Below are positions 1 to 9,351 of a stretch of DNA of 61,906 nt, in pieces. This DNA comes from Bradymonadia bacterium. GTDB lineage: Bacteria; Myxococcota_A; Bradymonadia; REDH01. The position numbers were made by a program, and so were the translations under genes. How positions within the stretch are numbered: the stretch's first letter is position 1; each line of letters opens with the position of its first letter. The stretch is from positions 1-61,906 of the forward strand of contig JBLHWZ010000003.1 in the NCBI GenBank assembly GCA_047629415.1, written 5' to 3'. The notes below the pieces were generated by a model. The model saw only the letters and a program-made list of their open reading frames with translations. It did not search any database and was not told the DNA's origin.

Positions 1-1317
1 GTCGCTCTCCGCTCCGACGTTGATGACTGTCACTGGAAGGGACGTCACGCCGCCTGCCGAAGCAGTGACCTGTGTTTCACCACGCGTATCACCACCGGTG
101 AGCACGACGCTCGAGAACGAGGCGACGTCTGGCGCCGAGGAGGCAAACGCGATCGTTGTGCCGGGAATTGCGACTCCGTCACCATCGAGCGCGATCGCCG
201 TGAAGGCGAGGGACGCTCCTGGGACGAGCGGAGACGGGCGCGTGAGGATGACGACCTCGGCGACGGCAGTGTCGGGGATCGGGATGCAGGCACCCTCCTC
301 GCAGGTTTCGCCGGCGTCGCAGTCTTCCTGACCGCGACAGAGGAACGGTACACAGAGGCCGCCGACGCAGCTCTCATCAGCTTCGCAATCGCTGATATCG
401 TTACAGACCTGCACTGGTCGGCAGAATCCGTTCTGGCAAATCTCACTGTCTTCGCAATTGAGGTCGCTGACGCAGGCGAACGCTTCCTCACAGATGCTGT
501 TTTCGCAGAATTCGTCGTCCGCGCAGTCGCCGTCGTCGCCACAGGAATCGTAGGGCTCACATCGACCGTCGCCATCGCAGCGTTCTGCGTCGGGGCATCC
601 TTCGATGCCGGTTCCGGAGCACTCGTTGGGCAGGCAGAAGCTGTCGATGCACGACTCATTGTCGTCACACTGAGCATCCGTCGAGCAGGCGAAGACACAG
701 GTGAGGTCAACACATGCGGTGGTTCGGCGACCACCACACTCGGCGTTGGTCTCGCACCCCGGCGCGCACTGGCCCTCGACGCACACGCCGATCACAGCTG
801 CGCACTCTGCGTCACCGTCGCAGGGGGGAGCGAATCGGCAGATCGTGCCCACGCAGACAGCGTCTGAAGGGCAGAGGTCTTGCGCGGGGGTGCATTCAAC
901 GACTTGGCAGGCGCCCGCCGAACAGACTTCGTCCAGTGCGCACTCGCCGCTGCTCGCGCATCCTGGAAGGACGATCTCTTCGCAGGCATCGCCAACGCCG
1001 TCTTCGTCGCTGTCGAGCTGATCCGGGTTGGGCGTGCGCGCGCAATTGTCATCTTCGTCGGCGATTCCATCACCATCTTCGTCCCCTTCGACCGGTGCCA
1101 CACACACGCTCTCAATGCAGATCGAACCGTCGACGCAGTCGTCGTCCGTCGTGCAATCGGTGATCACTGGCGGCGGCCCGCACGTTCCGTCGGAGCAGAT
1201 CTCGTTGCCCGAGCAGTCGGAGACGTCCGTGCAGGACGTGACTTTGTCATCGTTGCAGCCAACGATCGCGCTAAGGAGCACGGCGAAGGGAATGAGGCGC
1301 AATACGGAAGCGATCAT
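1..1317 (-). CDS. Cys-rich secreted lipoprotein, C-terminus cut by the window edge (thrombospondin type-3-like repeats plus Big_2-like Ig domain)
   Basis: I checked the frame codon by codon. The minus strand has no stop from the ATG at 1315-1317 down to position 1, and there is an in-frame upstream TAA at 1327-1329. The ORF is missing from the ORF track because it runs off the edge. The N-terminus MIASVLRLIPFAVLLSAIVGC is a signal peptide plus lipobox. DEDGDGIADEDDNCARTPNPDQLDSDEDGVGDAC looks like TSP3 repeats. There are many C-x2-D-x-[DE]-C...C...C units, and the distal part (VVILTRPSPLVPGASLAFTAIALDGDGV...) looks Big_2-like. Confidence 0.8.
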   Translation of the reverse strand, partial: MIASVLRLIPFAVLLSAIVGCNDDKVTSCTDVSDCSGNEICSDGTCGPPPVITDCTTDDDCVDGSICIESVCVAPVEGDEDGDGIADEDDNCARTPNPDQLDSDEDGVGDACEEIVLPGCASSGECALDEVCSAGACQVVECTPAQDLCPSDAVCVGTICRFAPPCDGDAECAAVIGVCVEGQCAPGCETNAECGGRRTTACVDLTCVFACSTDAQCDDNESCIDSFCLPNECSGTGIEGCPDAERCDGDGRCEPYDSCGDDGDCADDEFCENSICEEAFACVSDLNCEDSEICQNGFCRPVQVCNDISDCEADESCVGGLCVPFLCRGQEDCDAGETCEEGACIPIPDTAVAEVVILTRPSPLVPGASLAFTAIALDGDGVAIPGTTIAFASSAPDVASFSSVVLTGGDTRGETQVTASAGGVTSLPVTVINVGAESD

Positions 1318-1454
1318 AAGCTGTTCTTAATTGGGTGTGGAGCGCGGGTGCCTTATCAGAAGCCCAGAATGGGCTCAACATCGTGTCTTCGCCTGTGGTC
1401 TCGCCATCATGCGGACTGATTCAAAACCCGCTGCGGTTAGGGTAGGAGGCATGC

Positions 1455-1901
1455 ATGCGATGTCTGCTCCTTGTTACCGCGCTCTTTCTTGCGCTTCCCT
1501 CAGCGCCCGCGACGGCTGAGCTAGTTCGCATTGAGCTAGGTGGAAGCGACGTGAGGGGCGTTCCGAGTTCATACGAGGAACTGCTTCGGCGGGCCACCTC
1601 GCAAGGCCTCGACGTGACGTGGCAGGACCAACCTTATTACGACTCGTATTATTCGTCATCCGGAGGCGCGACGTTTGGCGCGCTCACAGTCAACTATAGC
1701 GGCGACACCGTGACTGTCTCGTGGGTTGAGTTTGACGACGTCGGAGCTGCGACACGGCATGCTGCGGAGCTGGATGCCATGAACGCAGGAGCCGAGTATC
1801 TGCATCATCGGGTGCGTGGCCGCTACCTCGTCCAGTGTTACGCCCATTCGGGTAACAGCGACATTGCCGAAGATCTGATTGACCGGCTGACTGGCCGATA
1901 G
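1455..1901 (+). CDS. small secreted hypothetical protein
   Basis: The 148-aa ORF has an AGGAGG Shine-Dalgarno (1444-1449) 5 nt upstream of the ATG. The N-terminal signal peptide is MRCLLLVTALFLALPSAPATA. It ends 8 nt before the FHA-ABC gene, so it is probably co-transcribed. Confidence 0.6.
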   Translation: MRCLLLVTALFLALPSAPATAELVRIELGGSDVRGVPSSYEELLRRATSQGLDVTWQDQPYYDSYYSSSGGATFGALTVNYSGDTVTVSWVEFDDVGAATRHAAELDAMNAGAEYLHHRVRGRYLVQCYAHSGNSDIAEDLIDRLTGR

Positions 1902-1908
1902 GAGCGCT

Positions 1909-3213
1909 GTGTCCGAATCGCCAGACGGCCAGAACAGGGTACTACTAGGGAGCGAACCCTCGGTTTGCGACGTGGTCTTCGAGCGCAAATCGGTGTCCAG
2001 TCGGCATGCTCAGCTCACGCTGACCGACGGCGGAACGCTGCAGATCACAGATCTGAATTCTACCAACGGGACCCGACTCGATGGCGTCCGTCTGGAGGCG
2101 AATTCTCCAGTCGACATCGTGCTTGGACAGCGGGTATCGCTGGGGCGCTCCGCGCAGTTCTTGCTAGAAGGCGTGCACGTCGAGCCTCTCTACCGCTCTG
2201 CTGGCGGTCCGCGAAACCCAGTCATCATCCGGGGTGCGACTGAGCTCGATAGGAGCGCCGCTGCTCCGTCCTCCCGCTCGACGATCGCATTGGGCGCGGT
2301 GGACCTGCTCTCGGAACTCCAACTCGTGGCGCGGTCGAAAGATAGGTCGGAAGACAGTTCGGTAGACCGATCAGGCACCTCGATACTGCCGACCGTCTCG
2401 CCGCAAGCGGTGAGCATCTCCGTCGGCTACTCCGAGCGCTGCGATATCTCGATCCCGAACCCGGTTGTTTCTGGTCGACACGCCAGAATCTACCTCGACG
2501 AAGGCACGTTCTTCATCGAAGATCAGACGTCGACAAACGGCACGTTCGTGAACGGCGTCCGAGTGACCCGCGCCGAACTACAGCTAGGCGACAGCATCGC
2601 ACTCGGCTCTCACAGCATCGTCTTTGTCGACGAGATCGCAGACCAACTGCACGAGCGAGCGGATGTGCGCGCCGAAGGGCAGGAGGCCGAGCTAACCCTC
2701 GAGCCTGGACGCGTGATTCGGGTCGGTCGAAGTGCCGAGTGCGACATCGTAGTGACGGCTCCGGTCGTTTCGAGCGTTCACGCGACGCTCACCGTGTTGC
2801 CGAACGCAGACGGGTACGAGGTTCGGGACGCTGGCTCCACGAATGGGACGTTTCACGGATCACGAACCAACCGGGCGGAAGGCGTGGTCATTGCGAACGC
2901 CGATGACGTTATCTTCCTGGGGGGCTACCGCCTGCCTCTCGCTCGCGTCCCGAGCCTGTTGCCCGCGCTCGCTGCGCTCCCAGACAAGCTGGTCTTCTTT
3001 GTTGGTCGTGATCCCGACCGCGTCGATATCGCAGTTGACTCCGGAGTCGTCTCTGCCCGCCATCTTGAGGTCGAGGTTGTCGCGGAGGCGCGTTTTAAGA
3101 TTACCGATCTGGGGAGTGCAAACGGGACCTTCGTCAATGGCGTCGCTCTCCACGGCACAATGGAGGTCACGTCGGACGATCGGGTCTCACTTGGAGGTCA
3201 CGAAGTTCAGCTC
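1909..3213 (+). other. array of four FHA domains within the transporter N-terminus
   Basis: Four modules match the FHA pattern. They are VLLGSEPSVCDVVF..SSRHAQL..DLNSTNGTRLDG, ISVGYSERCDISI..SGRHARI..DQTSTNGTFVNG, IRVGRSAECDIVV..SSVHATL..DAGSTNGTFHG and FFVGRDPDRVDIAV..SARHLEV..DLGSANGTFVNG. Confidence 0.8.
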
Positions 3214-5328
3214 GATCAAGTCCACGGGGTTGTTCGCAAGGAGTACCACGGCGACATCATGCTCCAGGCGGAGCGGATTTCGGTCGATGTCTCGGCGCGT
3301 GGAGAGAAGGGCAAGAAGCGCATTCTGAACGACGTGAGCTTTTCCGTGTTCCCGACCGAGTTCGTCGGGTTGATGGGGCCGAGCGGAGCGGGCAAGACGA
3401 CGTTGATGATGGCGCTAGCCGGGATCATGCCTCCGAGTGAAGGGCGCTGCCAACTCAATGGGCTCGACGTCTATGAGAGCTACGACGCCTTCCGCGGGAA
3501 CATTGGCTACGTCCCTCAAGACGATATTGTCTACCCGCAGCTGACGGTCTACGAGTCGCTCTACTACACCGCACGACTTCGGCTCCCAGCCGATACCTCT
3601 GACGGCGAGATCGACCGCAAGATCGATGAGGTGCTCGCCGCGCTCGAGATCACGCATACCCGCAATACGAAGATCGGAGACGCGCTGTCCAAAGGGATCT
3701 CCGGTGGTGAGCGCAAACGCGTGAACCTGGCGCAGGAACTGATCACAGAGCCTAGTCTGCTCTTCCTGGACGAGCCGACTTCGGGTCTGGCGTCGCAGGA
3801 CACGATCAACGTCATGCGGTTGCTCCGCACCCTCGCGAACGCCGGAAAAACGGTCCTTCTGACGATCCACCAACCGTCGCTTGAGGCCTACCGGCAGATG
3901 GACTCGGTCATCTACCTCTTCCGTGGCAATCTCGTTTACTACGGGCCCGCCTACCCAGACTCCATCCTCCACTTCAACGACGAGCTCCCTGAGGGTCCCG
4001 CACGTGCGGCCCTGCTCGCGGAGCCAGGAAACGCGCTTCGGCCGCTGGCCGATGATCAGCGGGACGCCCTGACCTCCGATGACCCTGCCGCCGCGCTCGA
4101 ACAGGTCGTCGATAAACACCGAGAAAAGTACGAGGCGTCCGCCTACAACCGCGAGTATGTCTCCGAACGGGCTTCGGATCCTGGCGCTCGTGTGCCGAAA
4201 TCGAGCGTCAAGCGGGCCTACAGACGCGGATGGCTCGCACAATGGCGCGTACTCGTCCGGCGCACCGCTCTCATCAAGTGGAAAGACCGAGTCAACTCGG
4301 CAATCTTGCTCGCGCAAGCGCCGATCATCGGCCTCGTGTTGTCGATGGTGTTCGCTGTCTCCGGCGACACGACGGCGTTTGACCGCTTGGATCGCGCCCC
4401 CGCTGCGCTATTCCTCCTGGTCGCCTCGGCGATCTGGTTCGGTTGCTCCAACTCCGCGCGAGAAATCGTCGGTGAGCAGGCCATCTACGGGCGGGAGCGG
4501 ATGGTGAACCTGATGATCCCGTCCTACGTGCTCTCGAAAGCGGCCGTTCTTGGGGTCGTCTGTGCGCTGCAATGCGCACTTCTGCTAGGAATCGTCTATG
4601 TTCCACTCGGCCTGACAGGTCACTTTGGTGTGCTCTATGGGATCCTGTTCGGGACCTCGCTTGTAGGCCTAGGGATGGGACTGACGCTCTCGTCGTTGGT
4701 GCGCTCCGAACAGGCCGCGATGGCCCTAATTCCGCTGATTTTGATTCCACAGATCGTTCTAGGAGGGGTCATCATGCCGGTGCATCAGATGAGCGCGCCA
4801 ACGCAGCTACTCGCGGGTCTCACGACGGCGCGCTGGGGCTTCGAGGCGATGCTGCACGCGGAGTTCGCCGACGACGACCTGGCCGCAATTCAAAGCGAGT
4901 GCGAGATCCCAGAGTGCGTCTGGGGAACCGGTGCAACCGGGTTCTCCTATACCTACTATTCAGGCGACCCTGAGGCCGCCTCTGAGACTGAGATTTCGGG
5001 TGGGCTTGAGGCACTTCAAGGCGGCCAAGTGCCGTTCGCCGCTCCGCTAGATGAGCCCGTGTGTCAATCCCTCTGTGCCGCGGTGCAGCATGGAAAAGAG
5101 CTGACTCCGGTGGATCGCTCGTTCGGGGCGGATCCCAGCGACCCGGTCCGAGTTTCGGCGGTCTCTGCGATCGGCACTGAGGGACACGCCCCGGACTTGC
5201 TGACGACTCCAGCGCCGGCCTCCCGCACGTCCTTCTGGCACGCGATGGGCGTGCTTGCAGGGTTACTCGCGTTCTTTCTGGGCGTCGTAATGGCGCTGTT
5301 GAGGACGCGTGATATCGAGATGACTTAG
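1909..5328 (+). CDS. four-FHA-domain ABC transporter (NBD followed by ABC-2 type membrane domain, ABCG-like order)
   Basis: The ORF has a GTG start with AGGAG upstream and encodes 1139 aa. Four FHA-like modules precede the Walker A (GPSGAGKTT), ABC signature (ISGGERKRV) and Walker B (LLFLDEPTSGL). After these come several hydrophobic helices and a large Cys-containing loop before the last helix. Confidence 0.88.
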   Translation: MSESPDGQNRVLLGSEPSVCDVVFERKSVSSRHAQLTLTDGGTLQITDLNSTNGTRLDGVRLEANSPVDIVLGQRVSLGRSAQFLLEGVHVEPLYRSAGGPRNPVIIRGATELDRSAAAPSSRSTIALGAVDLLSELQLVARSKDRSEDSSVDRSGTSILPTVSPQAVSISVGYSERCDISIPNPVVSGRHARIYLDEGTFFIEDQTSTNGTFVNGVRVTRAELQLGDSIALGSHSIVFVDEIADQLHERADVRAEGQEAELTLEPGRVIRVGRSAECDIVVTAPVVSSVHATLTVLPNADGYEVRDAGSTNGTFHGSRTNRAEGVVIANADDVIFLGGYRLPLARVPSLLPALAALPDKLVFFVGRDPDRVDIAVDSGVVSARHLEVEVVAEARFKITDLGSANGTFVNGVALHGTMEVTSDDRVSLGGHEVQLDQVHGVVRKEYHGDIMLQAERISVDVSARGEKGKKRILNDVSFSVFPTEFVGLMGPSGAGKTTLMMALAGIMPPSEGRCQLNGLDVYESYDAFRGNIGYVPQDDIVYPQLTVYESLYYTARLRLPADTSDGEIDRKIDEVLAALEITHTRNTKIGDALSKGISGGERKRVNLAQELITEPSLLFLDEPTSGLASQDTINVMRLLRTLANAGKTVLLTIHQPSLEAYRQMDSVIYLFRGNLVYYGPAYPDSILHFNDELPEGPARAALLAEPGNALRPLADDQRDALTSDDPAAALEQVVDKHREKYEASAYNREYVSERASDPGARVPKSSVKRAYRRGWLAQWRVLVRRTALIKWKDRVNSAILLAQAPIIGLVLSMVFAVSGDTTAFDRLDRAPAALFLLVASAIWFGCSNSAREIVGEQAIYGRERMVNLMIPSYVLSKAAVLGVVCALQCALLLGIVYVPLGLTGHFGVLYGILFGTSLVGLGMGLTLSSLVRSEQAAMALIPLILIPQIVLGGVIMPVHQMSAPTQLLAGLTTARWGFEAMLHAEFADDDLAAIQSECEIPECVWGTGATGFSYTYYSGDPEAASETEISGGLEALQGGQVPFAAPLDEPVCQSLCAAVQHGKELTPVDRSFGADPSDPVRVSAVSAIGTEGHAPDLLTTPAPASRTSFWHAMGVLAGLLAFFLGVVMALLRTRDIEMT

Positions 5329-5348
5329 GGCTGCTCTTGGCGGCAGCC

Positions 5349-7334
5349 CTAAGGGGCTTCCTCGACCGGCTCCCCAGATCCCTCGCTCTCCTCGGCCAAC
5401 GCAACTTCTGCGGCTTCGGCAGCTCCACGCTCGACCCTCGCTCGCTCGGCATCTACCCGATTGAGCTCTTGGACGGCCTGCTCGCTGAGGAGGTCTCTCG
5501 GGACGGTCGGAATCGTGCAGTCGCCGAAGTCCGTCATGAGAGCGACGTAGACTTGGGAGAGGACGTCGCGCCGGTGGGTGAGGGAGCGCGCTTCGATTGG
5601 CGGCAGGTCACGCGCTGTGGTGTGGATTCGGCGGAGTGCGCGGTGAATATGGCCACTGGCCCCGAGCGTAGCGCCGCAAGGGTCGCCGCCTTCGTTGCGG
5701 CTCTGAACCGCCAAGAGACGCTCGTGAATAGCTCTCATCTGCACGGCGGTCAGAAAGCCGACGGTGCTATCAAAGCTCGAGTCATCAGCTCCAGCAGTGA
5801 GCTGAGCTTCGCAGCCGTCAACGCTGGTTGCCAACGCGCTGATCGCGGCCTCGACGCCGGAGCTATTCGAGGGCAGCGCTACATAACGATCAGCGAGCGA
5901 ATTGCACTGCGGGAGCGAGAGCCCTGCTGGTACGGCAGCTACTTCTACTGAAGTGTCAGGCTGTGGGGCCTCGCTCTCAACTGCTCCTGTATCGGTCGCG
6001 GCGCTATCGGAACCACTATCGGCACCGATCAGGCTGCCCGGACCGATGACCTGCGAGTCGGACCGGAGTGAGGACCCGATCACCAGCAGGAGTCCGACCG
6101 CGAGAACGCCGATAACGACCCAGAGCGTCTTGCCCAGCGCGTTCGTCTCTGTGCGCGGCTCGATGTAGTAGTCGCCGTCGGCTGGGGGATTGGTCTGTGA
6201 ACGTCCCGCTATCGGCGTGGTCCGATGTCCTGACACCTGAGTGCTGGAGGGTCCGAAGTCGGTGCGGCTCTGCGAGCGATTAGGAGTTCGTTGCAGGACG
6301 GGATTGCCGGTCGAAGGCACGGAGACGCTGAATGGGCGGTCGGCCGCTCCCGATGCCGTCGCAGGAATCCTCACCGGCGGCTGGAACGGGATCCCCCCGC
6401 CGGCGGTGGCAGTAGCTGGGATGTTGAGCGCACGTCGAATCTCGGCGGCAAAGTCGCCACACGACTGGAAACGATGCTTAGGATCGACCGCCATCGCTCG
6501 CATTATCGCCGCGCTGATTTCACGCGGGATAAGGGGGTTCAGCCGCGCTGGGTCGGGACGTGGCGCCTGCACGTGCTTCTTCATGACGCCGAACATCGTG
6601 TCGTCTTCGAAGGGCAGCTTGTGGGTGAGCATCTCGTAGAATGTGCATCCCAGCGAGTAGACGTCGGCGCGGTGATCGACCGACTTGGCATCGGTCAGCT
6701 GTTCGGGCGACGCATAGTAGACCGTGCCCATGGCGGTGCCCGTCTCCGTCCGCCGGTGGTCGGAGAGGACTTTGGCGATGCCGAAGTCTGTGACCTTCGG
6801 CGTCATACCGGCCCCAGTTTGGGCGAGGAGAATGTTCGCCGGCTTGATGTCGCGGTGTACGACCCCCTGCGCGTGAGCGTAGGTCATCGCATCCAGAACC
6901 GCGACGAAGAACCGCGCGGACTGTTGGATATCGTCCGGCTTCTCGAGCTTCTTGATGTGTCTGTCGAGACTGGAGCCGTCGATATACTCCATGAAGATGG
7001 CGCAGAGCGGCGGCTCATCAAGTACGTCGCTGACGCTGACGATGTGCGGGTGCCGAAGGTTCGCCTGGATGATGGCTTCTTCTCGGAATCGCCGCCGCAT
7101 ATCTTCGTCGCGAACGAACTTTCCGAAGAGAGTTTTGATGGCGACGAAGTGCCCGAGGCTGATGTGCTCGGCCACGTAGACGGCACCAGCACCACCTTCT
7201 CCGATGAAGTCGACGATTCGATAGCTGTTGTGGATGATCGTCCCGGGCGCGAGAGCGTCTACGAACGAATGCCCATTACTTGGCCCCTCGGTAGGAGCCT
7301 CCGCCCCGCTATTTTGGTCGTCGCCAACGCCCAT
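5349..7334 (-). CDS. membrane-anchored Hanks-type Ser/Thr protein kinase with extracytoplasmic C-terminal domain
   Basis: Kinase motifs are present: GEGGAGAVY (P-loop), VAIKTL, HRDIKPANILL, DFGIAK and ASPEQ. A single TM segment (LWVVIGVLAVGLLLVIG) is followed by ~230 aa of unknown domain. Confidence 0.92.
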   Translation of the reverse strand: MGVGDDQNSGAEAPTEGPSNGHSFVDALAPGTIIHNSYRIVDFIGEGGAGAVYVAEHISLGHFVAIKTLFGKFVRDEDMRRRFREEAIIQANLRHPHIVSVSDVLDEPPLCAIFMEYIDGSSLDRHIKKLEKPDDIQQSARFFVAVLDAMTYAHAQGVVHRDIKPANILLAQTGAGMTPKVTDFGIAKVLSDHRRTETGTAMGTVYYASPEQLTDAKSVDHRADVYSLGCTFYEMLTHKLPFEDDTMFGVMKKHVQAPRPDPARLNPLIPREISAAIMRAMAVDPKHRFQSCGDFAAEIRRALNIPATATAGGGIPFQPPVRIPATASGAADRPFSVSVPSTGNPVLQRTPNRSQSRTDFGPSSTQVSGHRTTPIAGRSQTNPPADGDYYIEPRTETNALGKTLWVVIGVLAVGLLLVIGSSLRSDSQVIGPGSLIGADSGSDSAATDTGAVESEAPQPDTSVEVAAVPAGLSLPQCNSLADRYVALPSNSSGVEAAISALATSVDGCEAQLTAGADDSSFDSTVGFLTAVQMRAIHERLLAVQSRNEGGDPCGATLGASGHIHRALRRIHTTARDLPPIEARSLTHRRDVLSQVYVALMTDFGDCTIPTVPRDLLSEQAVQELNRVDAERARVERGAAEAAEVALAEESEGSGEPVEEAP

Positions 7335-7482
7335 TTGACCGTAATTCTCTTAGCTTGCGGGGACGGATCGCGCAGTGCGCACCCTACCGGTAACAGTCCA
7401 AAGTTGAAAGAATTACGGCCGCGTGATAAGTGCTAAGTCGCCCGTATTCGACTCCGCGGGCATGACCGCTAAGTGAGTGTTG

Positions 7483-8595
7483 ATGGGCCTTAAACTCACG
7501 TTCGTGCCCCTCTCCGATGTCGGACGCGAACGCTCCGAAAACCAAGATGCCTTCGGCAGTTCCTCGCTCGCCGGGCTTGATTTTTACATCGTCTGTGACG
7601 GCATGGGCGGTCACCGAGGCGGCTCTACGGCTTCACGGATTGGAATTGCGCGCGTCGAGGAATTCCTCGCTGCCAGCGATCTCCCGATCGCCGAGAGAAT
7701 GGTCGCCTCTCTCGAAGAGGCCAACAACGCCATCTTCGCTCGGTCGCAACGAGAGCGGGAACTGTCCGGCATGGGGACCACCGCCGTTCTACTCGCGGTC
7801 GACCACTCCGATGGACGCGCCTACTACGGGCATGTCGGCGACAGCCGTCTCTATCGCGTTCGCGCGAACGAAATTCGCCAACTGACTCGCGATCATACAT
7901 TCGTTCAACGACTCGTAGACGATGGTATTCTCGACGCAGAAGCTGCCGAATCGCACCCTCAGTCCAACGTAATCATCCGCTCGCTGGGTGGACAGGCAGA
8001 GGCCGAAGTCGAAGTCGGCGATACGCCGCTCCATCTCGAAGACGGGGACGTATTTCTTATCTGCTCCGACGGCTTGCATGGTCTTGTCGGCGAGCAGGAG
8101 ATGGCCACCATCATCGCGACGCTTCCGCTCGATGAAGCCGCTAGAAGGCTTATCGCCCGCGCGAACGAAGAAGGAGGGCACGACAACATTACTGTCGAGC
8201 TTATCCTCGTAGGCGAGCGCACCGATCCGGTGCCGGACGAGTTCATCCACTTGAGACCGACCCCTGCACCCGGAACGCGCCTCGCGATACAGGCTGAGGA
8301 AGCGGCCGCCGAGCAGGCTCCCGACGAAGAGACGGCAGAAGGTGGCAGTCGCTCGGAATCACCGACGGAGACGGGCGTCCACAGGCCGCAGCAGCAGGGA
8401 AACAACCTAGGCGCCATCGTCGTCGTTGTGGTGGTTATCGCGATCATCCTGGTCGGAGCTGCACTCTTCGCAGCTGTTCGGAGTTCGCCGTACGCGTCCA
8501 CCGTGGGGCCGCCCCGGGGTAACGATGTCGCAGCAGAGCAGGTACCCTTGGCTGCAGAAGGTTCTGCGGCACAGGACGGCTCAGGCTCTGAGTAG
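7483..8595 (+). CDS. PP2C-family Ser/Thr phosphatase with C-terminal membrane anchor
   Basis: PP2C motifs are present: SDVGRERSENQDAF, VCDGMGGHRGG, GDSRLY, CSDGL and GGHDNITV. The C-terminal hydrophobic stretch is AIVVVVVVIAIILVGAALFAAV. The ORF track starts at GTG 7477, and the ATG at 7483 two codons later is preferred. Confidence 0.9.
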   Translation: MGLKLTFVPLSDVGRERSENQDAFGSSSLAGLDFYIVCDGMGGHRGGSTASRIGIARVEEFLAASDLPIAERMVASLEEANNAIFARSQRERELSGMGTTAVLLAVDHSDGRAYYGHVGDSRLYRVRANEIRQLTRDHTFVQRLVDDGILDAEAAESHPQSNVIIRSLGGQAEAEVEVGDTPLHLEDGDVFLICSDGLHGLVGEQEMATIIATLPLDEAARRLIARANEEGGHDNITVELILVGERTDPVPDEFIHLRPTPAPGTRLAIQAEEAAAEQAPDEETAEGGSRSESPTETGVHRPQQQGNNLGAIVVVVVVIAIILVGAALFAAVRSSPYASTVGPPRGNDVAAEQVPLAAEGSAAQDGSGSE

Positions 8596-8639
8596 GTCCT
8601 CACCTCTCCCCGCTTTGATTCGGTGCCCGCTCCTAACGC

Positions 8640-9107
8640 TCAGGTAAGCGCGCTGACGCGCTGCGCGAACGAGCGGTCGAGCGAAGTAAGCCCTCCGGCA
8701 TCGTGTGTCGTCACCGCAAGCTGCACTCGGTTGTAGACGTTCGCCAGATCAGGGTGGTGGTCCAATTCGCGAGCGACATTGGCGACCTGGTTGATGAACT
8801 CCATGGCTTCGTCGAAGTCGCCGAATTCGTAAGCCCGCTTGAGATGGACTCCGTCGAGTCGCCAGCCTGGGCATACGCTCTCTAGCGCGTCACGTTCTGA
8901 GGTCGAGAGGAGGGTAGGATCGCTCATTGGGGGTCGTGGTTGGGGAAGGTAAAAAGGATCGCCTGCGTTGCTCTGCGCCGTTTCGGTCATCGCCGGATCG
9001 CGATTCGGCGTGAATCGGGGCCGCTCTCTGTAGACTTCGGTGGGGGCGTGCGCCCCACCTTCGTACCCTGGGTACCAACTTGGGTCCATGTGCCCCGTGT
9101 CGGTCAA
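8640..9107 (-). CDS. pterin-4-alpha-carbinolamine dehydratase (PCD/DCoH family), start uncertain
   Basis: The C-terminal ~95 aa (WRLDG..LKRAYEFGDFDEAMEFINQVANVARELDHHPDLANVYNRVQLAVTTHDAGGLT) match the PCD fold signature. The 60-aa N-terminal extension begins at a TTG. Alternative ATG starts lie at 9089 and 8927. Confidence 0.75.
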   Translation of the reverse strand: MTDTGHMDPSWYPGYEGGAHAPTEVYRERPRFTPNRDPAMTETAQSNAGDPFYLPQPRPPMSDPTLLSTSERDALESVCPGWRLDGVHLKRAYEFGDFDEAMEFINQVANVARELDHHPDLANVYNRVQLAVTTHDAGGLTSLDRSFAQRVSALT

Positions 9108-9322
9108 TCATGGGAGAACGAGGTACATCGGGCGTCGGCGTGCGCCGATGTGTGTCTTGTTTGAAAACAGCGACTTACGGGCCAGCTCCGTGCGCCCTTG
9201 TCCTACATTACACACATTGCATCATCCGTGCGACCATATGTGTGTGCGTGTTAATGAGCGCACATGTGGTGACATGGTATGTGTAAGTCGCTGGTTTTGT
9301 TGGGAATTTTGGTTCCGGTGCT

Positions 9323-9351
9323 TTGACACAGGGTGTGTCAGCGGGTACAGT
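9323..9351 (+). promoter_or_regulatory. sigma-70-like promoter upstream of the CGGC-repeat gene
   Basis: TTGACA (9323-9328), a 17-nt spacer and TACAGT (9346-9351) lie ~98 nt upstream of the ATG at 9449. A perfect 7-bp inverted repeat, TGACACA-GGG-TGTGTCA (9324-9340), overlaps the -35 box. Confidence 0.4.

Noticed and set aside
6291-7436. 381-aa plus-strand ORF.
   Set aside because: It is antisense to the Hanks kinase and has an Arg/Asp/Val-rich composition with no recognisable motifs. The same logic applies to 3415-4317(-), 29960-30892(-), 45314-45904(-) and the similar entries.
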